Below are positions 40,201 through 51,673 of a stretch of 64,000 nucleotides of DNA, in pieces. Under the pieces are notes generated by a model. The model had not been told where the DNA came from. It saw only the letters and a list, made by a program, of their open reading frames with translations, and made no database searches. The position numbers and the translations under genes are program-made. Source of the stretch: Neocallimastix sp. 'constans' (lineage: Eukaryota). The stretch lies in the NCBI GenBank assembly GCA_050613775.1, contig JBODTK010000131.1:1-64000 (forward strand). Reading direction: 5' to 3'. The number at the start of each line of letters is the position of its first letter. Positions within the stretch are counted from its first letter, which is position 1.

Positions 40201-40790
40201 GTATTGATTGCAGATTATTGAATAAAAGAACTAAAAAAAGACAATTATTCAATTTCTATCATCCAAGAAATTTTTGACGGGTTAAAAGATGCGATAATAT
40301 TTTCAATTATTAATCTTTTTAGTGGGTGTCATCAGATACCTAGGTATAAAGATGACCAAGAACTAACTTCTTTTACAACCAAGTTTGATAATTGTTTTTT
40401 CAAGACTATTACAAATAGAGAATAAATTTGATGCAATACAAAAATTAGAAAATCCTATAAATATTTCTGAATTACGTTCCTTTTTAGGGATGGCAGGATA
40501 TTTTATATGGAGTTTATACTCATTTTTGTGGCTAGTTATCATCCCCCTTCCAACGGTTTAGTAGAAAATAGAAATAGAGAGATAGAAAAACAATTAAGAA
40601 ATTTTTTGCTGGTAAAAATTAGTAATTGGGATACTTGGTTATCTTCAGCTTTGTGCGCTATTTGGACTGCAAAACCCTCTGTGAGTGGATATTCTAATTT
40701 TGAACTTCTATATTAGGAAGAAAAGCGTTACTTCCTATAGAAATTTCCTTATTGACTTTCCTAGAAGAACCTGTTGAATGGCTCAATTAA
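37271..40790 (+). mobile_element. Degenerate Ty3/gypsy element (5' LTR, PBS, gag, protease, RT and integrase fragments; 3' end lost)
   Basis: LTR TGATATA...TATATCA (37271-37825), PBS TGGTGGGGATATCAGGG (37832-37848), gag start ATG at 38338, VLIDGGTNTNLV (~39440), VPKKNGRWRLCID (~40170), LRSFLGMAGY, YHPPSNGLVENRNREI. Many frameshifts and deletions. Confidence 0.88.
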
Positions 40791-41960
40791 TGAATTATTT
40801 TACAAATTTTTTTTACCAGTTATGAAGTCCACTTCTCCTACATCAGTTGCTTTAAATTTTTTTTGCTTAATGGATTCTTATGCTTTGAGAATTTCTTCAT
40901 TAGTACCTACTATGATAATATTATCTACATATACTCTTATGATACAAACTATTGTGTTTTTATTCTTTTTTTATGTAAACACAGGGAACACTCTAAAGAT
41001 TTTTAAAAATTTAACTTTAATAACGCTTTATTTAACTTTCAATAACCTGTCCTGTAGCGACTAACCCAAGTTTTTTCTTTTGATGATTTTTCCTTTCGGA
41101 GTCCTTTTTATCCTTTTTATATTTATGAACCCATCTTGTAGTAATAGCATTCACTTGCTTTGATACTATATTAACTATTTTATACACTTTCATAGTATTC
41201 ATATTATTTACTTCTTCTTTGACAGGTTTGAACCATTTCTCTTTATCTAATAAATTGAATATATTTTTATAATATGTCGGTTCTCTTAATAATTTGCAAT
41301 TTTTATTTTCACTATTTAACTTATTGTCACATATATTGAGGTTCATATATGCTTTCTTCTCTTTATTTTTATTGTCATAATCTTTACAGTATGTATTTTC
41401 CATATTTTCATTTGTTTCACGGTGATCTTTCAAATCTAATCTATATTTATTTTGTATTTCTATGTTTTTATTATTCATATATATAATTTTATTTTCATTT
41501 TATTATTACATTGTTTATAATTGTTAATCATTTAATTTTATTTTTTAATCGTTAGTTTATTCTTTGGTGATTTTTATTTCTGAATTAGTATTATTGCTTG
41601 AATTTGTTTATGTCCTTCTTGGTTATTACTGTTGTGTTGTCCTTTTTTATTTTTGTTTTTTAACTATATTTCAATTCTTTTTATATTTTTATCTATTTTT
41701 GAATTATCAATTTTATTCGAATAAGTGCTTTTTCATTTGTTTATATTTGTTATTATATATTAATTTATTAGTTAGTTTACTGTTATCTTTATTTTCTTGT
41801 TTATCATTATTTTTATTATTGGTGTTCTGTTTATTTTTATTTTTAATGATATTAATTATTTGAGTTTCTTCAGAAATGATCCTTATTAAACACACTTTTA
41901 TTACATAACTTTCATTATTTTCTTTTATGAACTTATTTTCATTACTTACCTTAATATTAA
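40790..41960 (-). mobile_element. copia fragment (linker + RT pieces)
   Basis: EPTYYKNI..DKEKWFKPVKEEVNNM..VYKIV..AITTRWV, followed by VYVDNIIIVG..FKATDVGEVDFI. Confidence 0.8.
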
Positions 41961-41979
41961 TTTCTACACCATTTAATTT

Positions 41980-43705
41980 TTCTTTATTGCTTATGTGATA
42001 TTTAATTCCTGTTATTAATAAATCATCTACGTAAACACCTATAATACACACAGCTTTTCTTCCCTCTCTCCTTTTTAACGAAAAATACATGGTTCAAAAG
42101 TTAGTTGAATGAAACCATTATGTTTGAGAAAGTTTTTAAAGTGTATGCTCCATTGACGACCTGATTGTTTCAAGCCGTATAAAGCTTTTCTTAGTAGCCA
42201 ATATCCTTTACCAAAGTTTACATCCCCAAGTAGGATGGTGATATATATCTTTGTCTAATGGTGCATTAAAATAAGTGGCTTTAATATCAAGCAACATTAA
42301 GTCCCAGTTGAATTTTAATGACAGAGCAATAATCAACTTTAAGCTGTCGATACTAAGAGTAGGTGAGTATGTTGAGTCATAGTCAATTTCCCTTTTTCTG
42401 GGTAAAACCAAGAACAACGAGAAGAGCCTTGTGTTTTTAAAAAAAATATTGCCATTTCCATTCTTCTTGAGAGTATAGACCGACTTGGTAGTTGTTGGTT
42501 TAATACCATTTAGGAAGCTTTCTAACAAAAGTCATAGTTTTGTTGTCATAAAAAATTTTTGTAATTTCGGAATTCATTGCTTCTACCAATTGTTCTTTAT
42601 CTGATCGAGAAATGGTTTGTCTATAAGAAAGAGGTGTTTCAGATAAACAGCCTTTAGAAGGTTCAACATTGTCAAGAGATATTTTGTATTTTTTTTTTTG
42701 CTATGATAAGGAAATGAAGAATTTTTCGGGTCTTTTACACAATTCCTTCATGGATGGTTTTAATTTTTTACTATCTGGAAGTTTAGGATGAATCAGTCTA
42801 TGTTTAAGAGAAACAGGTATTTATTGGTTTATTGTTTGAATTAATCTTCTTTTTGGCTTGTTGATTACTTATAGTTGATGATTTTCTTTTTGTAGGTGGA
42901 TTAAATTTTGTTTCATCTTCCAAAGAAACGATCCCAGAGGAATTTGGTTCATCATCATCTGAAACACTTAAGAGACTGGAGATCTGTAACAGGATCATCT
43001 ATAGGTTTACTTGATTTATCATTGAAGTATTCTTCTTCATATTCTTTACCTTTAATAGAATAAGTATTTTCTACATCTTTACTATTAGTAATTGGATTAT
43101 TTTCAGTTACATTAGTTTTCTTATCTTTGGAAGATGAATCGGATAATTCAGAAATCGGGTTTCTTACCTTTTCCTGAAATAGAAGAAATATTTTCCTTGG
43201 ATTCTTTATTATCTTCGCTATATCCTTCATTGTATATAAGTTTTCCGGAATCATCGTATGTATTCTCATATTCATTATTGTTGATCATTGGAAATTCGAA
43301 AATATAATTATCATTATTAAAGATGTTTGTTGGTAATTTATTGTTGTAGTTGTGTATTCTGGAAGTTAATTATGATGGAGTTTCTTCATCAAATACTACT
43401 TCTCTTTAACTAGGGGAACGCTGTAATCAGTTGAATCGTAGCAAGTAGATTCCATGTTTATTCCTAAGAATACACCTTTTTTACCGTTGCTATCGAGTTT
43501 CATTTTCTCTTAAGAAAAGTCCTTATAATATGCATCACAATCAAAGACTTTAATATATTTAATATTTACCTTTTTGTTATAATAGATTTCATTTGGAATT
43601 TTGCTTTCAATTCCTTTATTGGGGTTATATTAAAAAGCAGATTTGTATACCTAATTGCATAATCCCAGAATTTGGTGGACATTTTAATCCATTGAATTAA
43701 AGTTA
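41980..43705 (-). mobile_element. Second copia fragment (integrase C-half, linker, RT to YVDD)
   Basis: FWDYAI..IPNEIYY..IKVFDC..GVFLGI, ETPLSYRQTI, TYSPTLSIDSLKLIIA..LDIKATY, LYGLKQSGRQW, IGVYVDDLLITG. Confidence 0.85.
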
Positions 43706-43830
43706 AAATTTATAATTAATAATCATAAATACTGAATTATTAATAAAAGATTGATAATAATTAATAATTAAAAATTAATCATTAATTAATACTAAAAATT
43801 ATTATAAATTTATATTTACAATTTAAATAA

Positions 43831-43863
<33 letters not shown>

Positions 43864-44854
43864 CAAAAATTAGTATTACACTTACTCAACCACCAATTGA
43901 AAATTTAAAAAAGCAAGATAAAATTTCTTTAATAAATATATTTCTTATTAAATTATTGAAAAATAATTAAAAATATAATATAGAATTGTTACTTATAAAA
44001 AATATAATAATAATTATATTAATAATTTAGATATAATATATAAAAAAAAAAAATTATAATAATAATAATAAAATTATTTAATGTAAAGAAATGACTTTAC
44101 CAGTTCTTTTGTTAAATATTGATATATTATTAAAAACCCACTATTTTATAAACCAAATTTTAAACCTTTAATAACTTAATAATAAAAATATTTATATACC
44201 AAACTTCTTAATAATTATACTATTTTATCAATATTTTAATAATAATATATAACTATTATTATTAATATTCTATAACTTTTATTAATATTTTTATTAATAA
44301 TTTAAACTAAATATTATTAATATTTTATATAAAGTTATAAATCTTATTAATATTCTCATTACATTTTATTAATATTATACAATTATTTTATATAATAAAT
44401 TCTAGTAGTAAATACTTTTTTATAGTAAAATTAATGTTAATATAGTTTATAAAAACTATTACTAAAAAAATATAATATGTTTAGTATTAAAGTATATTTA
44501 GAATTTCTTAATTTTAATTTATAAAATATTTAAAGATTTTTTTACTATTTATTAATATTTATATCCAATCAAATTAATTGTCTGATTTGGTATCTTATTT
44601 TTATAAAGTTCATTGAAAATATTTTATAGTATTTTATTGAAAAAAAATTAAATTAAAAATGTTTAAATAGTGTTGTTGAAAAAATTATAAAGTATATGCA
44701 AACTATTAGAAAATGTTAAAATAAGTAGTAAATTAAAAACAATTAAAAATGATAATAAAAGATGTTTTAAAAGTAAAAATATATAATAATTATAATAATA
44801 AAATTCATTATTAAATAAAATTTAAAATTTGAAATATTATAAATGATTTAAACA

Positions 44855-44885
<31 letters not shown>

Positions 44886-44984
44886 ATGTATGTTTTATTT
44901 AATTATATGTGCTAATTTATAATTACTTTTTAATATATTTGGGAATTAGATAAGTTATTTTGAAATATTATAAAGGAAAAAAGT

Positions 44985-46322
44985 ATGGATTATAAAAAAA
45001 ATAAAATAATTGAGATGATTAGAAATGGTGAAAATAAAAAATTAAAATATTTTATGAAGGAAAATTCTAATGAAATAATTATAAATAAAATTTTTTATGA
45101 AACAGCTGTAACCTCTGATAATTATGAAGCAATCAGATATTTAAATAAAAATGATTTAAATTTAATTACAAATTTGTTTAATCATGAATTTCTTAACCAA
45201 AAATTATTAGAATTTATTATTAGAAATGAATGTAAAGTCGATTCAAATTGTTTATTTTTATTTATAAAAAAAAATAGAGAAGATCTATTAAAGGTTTTGA
45301 TGGATAATTATGTATTTGATAATAAAATGATATTGAATTTACTTTCTCTATATAAAAATAAAACTAAAATTTCTAAATTTCAATTTCAAGAAATAATTTT
45401 GAAAGAGAAGGACAAAATTAATGTACTTAATGTTGATGGCAAAACACCATTGAATTTTGCATGTGAGAGAGAAGATGAAAATATAATAAAATTATTAATA
45501 GAATACGGAGCAGATGTTAATAAAGAAGACAATAATAGTAACACACCTTTAATTATTGCATGTTACAATGAAAATGAAAATTTAATAAATTATTTAATAG
45601 AACATGGGGCTGACGTTAATAAAGGTGATAGACATGGAAATACACCATTAATTATTGCTTGTCTTTATTCAAATGAAGCTATTGTAAATTATTTAATTGA
45701 ACATGGTGCTGATGTCAATAAAGCAATTAATATTGGAGACACCCCATTAGCTATTGCATGTGATAAAGGAGATGAAGAGATTGTAAAGTGTTTAATTGAT
45801 CATGGAGCTAGAGTTAATAAATGTAATGTAAATAATTATAGTCCTTTGGTGAATGCCTGTCGGTATGGATACAAAGGTATTATAAAATATTTAGTTAATC
45901 ATGGTGCGGATGTGAATGAAGAAAGCAAATACAATGATACACCTTTAACTATTGCTTGTATTAATGGTGATGAATCAATTATAAAATATTTGGTAGAAAA
46001 AGGAGCCAATATTAACAAAGAAAATATTGATGGTAAAACACCATTAATAATTTCTTGTGATAGGGAAAATCAAACTATTATAAAATATTTAATAGATAAA
46101 GGAGCAGATATAAATATGGAAAATTGTCAAGGAGAAACCCCATTAATTTATGTATGTAAAAAAAGAAATGAAAAATTGATAAAGTATTTAGTGGATTTAG
46201 GAGCTAATATACTTCAGAAAAATAAGAATGGTGACACTTCTTTAATAATTGCACAAAGATATAATAATGAAAATATAATAAATTTTTTAGCCAATCATAG
46301 TATTAAAAAAGAAATAAATTAA
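44985..46322 (+). CDS. Ankyrin-repeat protein (445 aa, nine canonical 33-aa repeats after an N-terminal helical domain)
   Basis: Intact ORF with repeats of the form G.TPL..AC....E.I.KYL..HGADVN. Confidence 0.92.
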   Translation: MDYKKNKIIEMIRNGENKKLKYFMKENSNEIIINKIFYETAVTSDNYEAIRYLNKNDLNLITNLFNHEFLNQKLLEFIIRNECKVDSNCLFLFIKKNREDLLKVLMDNYVFDNKMILNLLSLYKNKTKISKFQFQEIILKEKDKINVLNVDGKTPLNFACEREDENIIKLLIEYGADVNKEDNNSNTPLIIACYNENENLINYLIEHGADVNKGDRHGNTPLIIACLYSNEAIVNYLIEHGADVNKAINIGDTPLAIACDKGDEEIVKCLIDHGARVNKCNVNNYSPLVNACRYGYKGIIKYLVNHGADVNEESKYNDTPLTIACINGDESIIKYLVEKGANINKENIDGKTPLIISCDRENQTIIKYLIDKGADINMENCQGETPLIYVCKKRNEKLIKYLVDLGANILQKNKNGDTSLIIAQRYNNENIINFLANHSIKKEIN

Positions 46323-46867
46323 AATAAAATAAATTAAATTAAAATAAATTAAAAAAAAAAATAGAAAAAAAGTTTTTATATTAAATATATTAATAAATCA
46401 TAAAATACATAATTCTAAAACATAAAGTAGCTAAAAATATGAAATGTATTATGAGGGCAGAGGAACGTAGTTGATATGAGCCCGTAATCATCACATAATA
46501 ACTTACTTAATTATATACGTATTATTGAACCTTATTTTTTTTTTATTTTTTATATTATATTTTTTATATTTTATATTTTATATTTTTATTTTTATTTAAT
46601 TTTATTTTTTTTTTTTTATTTTATTTTGATGTTTTAATATTATTTATATTAAATAATAAATTTTATTATGTGGCAAATATAATAATTTTTTTTTTTATTT
46701 TGATAAAGCCAGTATTGATTTCATCACAAATCTTACATCTTCAGATAAATCCACTACAGTTATCAATATCATACACAGTTTTATTAAATTATTTTATTAA
46801 ATAACTATTGTTGAACTACCAATTTCATAAGACACTGATAGAAAATCAAATAAATAAAATAAAAGAT

Positions 46868-46901
<34 letters not shown>

Positions 46902-47336
46902 GTAGCTAAAGAATAAAGAACTGTAACTGTAACTCCCAAAGTCAAAATAAATAATTTGTTATAAATTAAAAAAAAAAAAAAAAAAAAAACTGTTCCATTT
47001 ACAATAATTTCAATAATTGTAAATGGACAGTTCTTTTCGTATAGTTAAATTTCCCTTATTCTATAAGTTTTTTTTTTTTATATTTATTTTTCATTTAAAT
47101 GTTTGGAAATTTTCTTTTTATTTATATTTATATATATATATTAATTACATTTTATTTTATTTTAATTTATTTATTCTTCTTTTGATATCTATTTTCAAGG
47201 AAAAAGCATTATCTAATAAATTTAAAATATAGTTTTTTTTTTTTTTTTTTTTTTTTTTTTCATATGTAATTTATTTTATATTATAAATTTTTAATTAATT
47301 TACTTTTATAAATAGTAATTTATATACATATACATA

Positions 47337-47367
<31 letters not shown>

Positions 47368-47789
47368 GAACCAAATGTAATTATAATTTATATATTAATA
47401 GTTTATTAAACTTTTATAAATTATTTAATTTTTAAGTTATTATTTGATTCTTTTATATTATTATTATTATTATTTTTTATTTTAAGAATAAGCCTTTTTT
47501 TTTTTTTTTATTACAAAATAGAATAATAAATATTAAAATAAAATAAAAAATCAACCAAAGCATTTTGTAAATTTTATTATTTTGATTCAATATAATTTTT
47601 TAGAATAAAAAAAAATTATTGATTTATATATAAATTTTATTTCTTTATTTTATTAAAAAATCATTTAGCTTTGTATAATATTATATTTTATTCTATTTTA
47701 ATTCCAAATTTTAAAACAATACAATAAATATTCCAACACTATTAATATAATTGGCTATTTTTTTTTTTTTTTTTTTTAAAATTAATATA

Positions 47790-48950
47790 AATAAAGTCAT
47801 AATCGTAATTGTTTATAGACTTAGGATTTCTTTATATTTTTCCATTTGGAACATCTACAATATGAAATTTTAATTTCTGATATTGCTTTTTCAAATATTT
47901 TTACAAATATTGGGTGGTTGAAATTTGGAATGTATATTTGATTCCTGAAGAAACTATCATTGAAATTAATAATTCTTTTCACTAATTAAATATTATTCTT
48001 TATTTTTTTTTTTTTTTTTTTTTTTTTTTATCTAGAATGAATAAATGTCTTCATTTTAGCATTGGTCCATAAATCCATACCAAGGATAAAAATCAACCTT
48101 GTGTTGTCAATAGGTGTTCCATAACAGAGAGAACCCCGGTGAAATACTTTTTGCATAATGAACTATAAATTTTAAATTGATAAAAATGAAACTAATCTAA
48201 ACTAAAATACTAACAACCAAGAAAAATAAATTTAAAATAAATAATATAGAAAAAAAAAATATAGAAAAATTAAAAAAAAAATAATTAAAATAATATGAAG
48301 TTTTTTCTTTTTACTGGTTTTGTTATTTATTAAAGTAAGATAAACGCCTTTGTAGAAATGCAATAAAAATTTTTTATATCTTTTGAATTTATGATTTTCT
48401 ATTAGATTAATAAAGCTTTGATTGATATAATAATTTTCTGTATAGTTCTCATATATAAACTAAAGCGAAAAGATAATTAAAACCATCTTAGTAAAAGACT
48501 AAAAAATTCCTATCCTTTAAACAAAGTTTTAAACAAAAGCTAGTAAATCAATTTCATACATTTCCATTGTACGATAGCTACATGAGTTTAAGTTAATTCT
48601 ATGGAAAAATATATATACAAAATAATGCTAAAGTAAAAAATACATTAGATTCGTTACAATGATAGTATGTAGAAACTACAAGATAATATTAATTATGCAA
48701 CTCCAATGTTACTAAATATCCAGTTTAAAACAATATAAAACATAAGATTCACTTATTATAGTCTTCCAGTATTCCATATTTTCTCTATATTTGAAGCCAC
48801 CTAAGAAGGAATAACTATCGATTACCATCAGAATTTCTGAAAATTGTAATTACTATATCTGATATAGACTATTCCTTTTCTATCAACCCTCAATGGATTT
48901 GGAAAGGCAGAGCATATCATTGGGGTTAGGAAAATTCTTGATAAATGAAA
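47790..48950 (-). pseudogene. Unidentified degenerate coding relic (several GC-richer exon-like patches)
   Basis: Patches such as NFNDSFFRNQIYIPNFNHPIFVKIFEKQYQKLKFHIVDVPNG* are separated by AT-rich intron-like tracts. Stops occur in the likely frames; family not recognised. Confidence 0.3.
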
Positions 48951-49417
48951 AAAGAACATATCAAAAAATAAATATCATTATTTTATATATATATATATAT
49001 ATTATTCAAAAAAAATTTAATTAATAATTTTTTTTACAGTGTATTTAAAATAATATATATATATATTTCTTGTATATATTAAAATCTAACAACGATCATA
49101 ATTTAACATTATTGATTTCTTAATTAAAACTTTTATAAATAATTATTCCTTGAAAAAACAACCATAACAAAAGAAATAACAATTTAATTTAAAATATTTA
49201 AAAAGAAAAATTGAAACTTTATAAAATTATTATTAATTTTTTTTTTATATTTATTTATTTAATATTAATTTAATTTTACTGTTATGTTTTTTTTTATTAT
49301 TTATTTACTCTAAAATAATTATTAATTTTAATTTTAATTTTTTATTTTATTAATTTACATTAAAATTTTTTATAAATTTAATTTTATTGTTGTTTTTTTT
49401 TTATTCTTTTAATATAA

Positions 49418-49451
<34 letters not shown>

Positions 49452-49545
49452 TTATATTTATTTATTTATGTGTTCATAAATTAATATATTTAATTATTTA
49501 ATTTAATTTTATTTTTATACTAATATTATTATTTTTTTTTATTTA

Positions 49546-51324
49546 TTATTTGAAAATATTCTTTATTAAGTTAATAAAATCTTTTACAATGTTACCAACA
49601 AAACTGCAAATATTTGATGGTTCAGTTAACTTTGTAATTGGTACTTCAGTTGGCTTTTCGGTTGGTTCTTCATTTGTTTCTGTAGTTGGTTCTGTAGTTG
49701 GTTCTTCAGATGGTTCCTCAGATGGTTCTTCAGATGGTTCTTCAGATGGTTCTTCAGATGGCTCTTCAGATGGCTCTTCAGATGGCTCTTCAGTTGGCTT
49801 TTCGATTGATTCTTCAGTCGATATTCCTGTTGGTTCATCAATTGGAATACCCATCATTATTCTCCAATCAATTCCTTCCCATTTATGAACATTAAGTTCC
49901 TTTTGTACTTCCTTATCAATTGGGTATTCATAATTTTCATCCATATAAACTGGATCACATTCTAAATTATATTCCTTACAAACTGTTCTATATCTTTCAA
50001 GAATCCAATATTTAATACCATAGGCGTCACTTCCAACATCTAAATTATTAATAGTGGTAAATTCACTATTAGCTTCCCATTCTTCCATTGAATAATCGGA
50101 TGGATTGGCTAAATTGAGGACACCTGGTTTGAGTCCATTTTCATCTGGAGTTTTATCATTTAAAATGTATGGTCTGATAAAATCTTTTAGATCATCAATA
50201 TGTGGGAAAAGAGTGGTTGGATTAAAGACTTTATTAACGATTTCAGAAAGTGTACTTTCAAAACGAGGAAGATTATCCCATATAATAATATCTGAAATAT
50301 GATGTTGTAAATGGAACCATTGACGAACAGAGTAATGTGGATAATTCTTATCTTTAGGTGGGTTCAAATTCATAAATTCGATAGTAACAACATCTTGACC
50401 AAGATCACTATCAAAGTCATAATAAAGTACAGTCCACTTACCAGTCTTCTTATTTTTATACATACTATAATTGTGACCTACAAGTAAGAAATGATCCCAT
50501 GCACCGATTAAATATTCAAAGGCAGCTAGATATAAGAATTGATCAACATCAAAAATATCTTCGATTTCTTCAACAGTTTGAGCGTTATCAAGAGCCTTAA
50601 AAAGATTATACCATTCGGTTCTATCTGTATATTCGTCATCTTCATTTTCACATAAGTCCATACTATTTATAAATGATAAATAATTACCTCCTTCTTTACA
50701 TTTATATAAATTTTTAGTATCTTTTTCACCAAATACTTGTTCAATCCATGGAATTTTTGGAGCATCCATTAAAACATAGAATCCGAAGTATTCTTCATTA
50801 ACATATAATTTAATATAATTAGCTGAAATTGAAGGTATACCTAAACGGTTAAGCATATCACAACATAACTTTGATCTTAAGTAGGTAGCATCACGTGGAT
50901 CAGAACGAATTCTAAAATGTGTGCGACCATATAAATCCTTATTTTTATCACGAATTTTGATGTTGAAACCTTGTCTACCATAGATACGAGCTGAACTACC
51001 TCCGATATCAAAAGTAACTTTATTAAAATTTTCTTCTTTATCATTAATTTCAATAATCAAAGTAGCATTTTTAACCTTTTCAAATTCAATCACTCTATCA
51101 TCAAAGTCTAATCTATCCAGAGCTTCAGTTGTAGCCGCATTTTCGACTTGCATAGCAAATTTTAATTCTTTTAATTGATCATCTGATATAGTTACTCTAA
51201 ATGTTGGAACTTCCTTATCCATTATTTCAAATAATTTTGCTCTTTTTCCATCCTCAATATAAGAAGTGGAGGCCAATATTATTTGACCAACTATTAAAAA
51301 TAGTAATATTATTTTTTCTAACAT
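49546..51324 (-). CDS. cotH: Secreted CotH-family protein with Pro/Ser/Thr/Glu linker, paralog B
   Basis: Colinear, closely related paralog of 31143-32936 with the same motifs and an (EEPS)n tail; 592 aa. Confidence 0.93.
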   Translation of the reverse strand: MLEKIILLFLIVGQIILASTSYIEDGKRAKLFEIMDKEVPTFRVTISDDQLKELKFAMQVENAATTEALDRLDFDDRVIEFEKVKNATLIIEINDKEENFNKVTFDIGGSSARIYGRQGFNIKIRDKNKDLYGRTHFRIRSDPRDATYLRSKLCCDMLNRLGIPSISANYIKLYVNEEYFGFYVLMDAPKIPWIEQVFGEKDTKNLYKCKEGGNYLSFINSMDLCENEDDEYTDRTEWYNLFKALDNAQTVEEIEDIFDVDQFLYLAAFEYLIGAWDHFLLVGHNYSMYKNKKTGKWTVLYYDFDSDLGQDVVTIEFMNLNPPKDKNYPHYSVRQWFHLQHHISDIIIWDNLPRFESTLSEIVNKVFNPTTLFPHIDDLKDFIRPYILNDKTPDENGLKPGVLNLANPSDYSMEEWEANSEFTTINNLDVGSDAYGIKYWILERYRTVCKEYNLECDPVYMDENYEYPIDKEVQKELNVHKWEGIDWRIMMGIPIDEPTGISTEESIEKPTEEPSEEPSEEPSEEPSEEPSEEPSEEPSEEPTTEPTTETNEEPTEKPTEVPITKLTEPSNICSFVGNIVKDFINLIKNIFK

Positions 51325-51633
51325 TTTTCTTTATTTTTATTTTTATTTTTATTTTTATTTTTATTTTTTTTTTTTTTTATTTCTTGTAATACTGTAATCA
51401 ATATAAAAAAAATATGAAAAATAAATCTATATATATACATTATTTTAATTTATAATAAATTTTTTTTAAATTCTTTTTTTATTAAAAAAAAAAGAAAATT
51501 CTAAAAAATATTTAATATATATTTATACTATTTTTTAAGCTTTTTTTTGTAAAAATTCCTTATATGGATGAATAAAATTAAAATAAAAATTAAATTTTCT
51601 TTGATATACAAAAATTTTTAATATATAAAAACG

Positions 51634-51673
<40 letters not shown>

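Noticed and set aside
46445..46500. SECIS-like ATGA...AA hairpin, or RNase MRP CR-V-like GGGCTCA
   Set aside because: No 3' GA of the SECIS quartet, helix II too short, no in-frame TGA in the upstream gene, and no MRP CR-I partner nearby.
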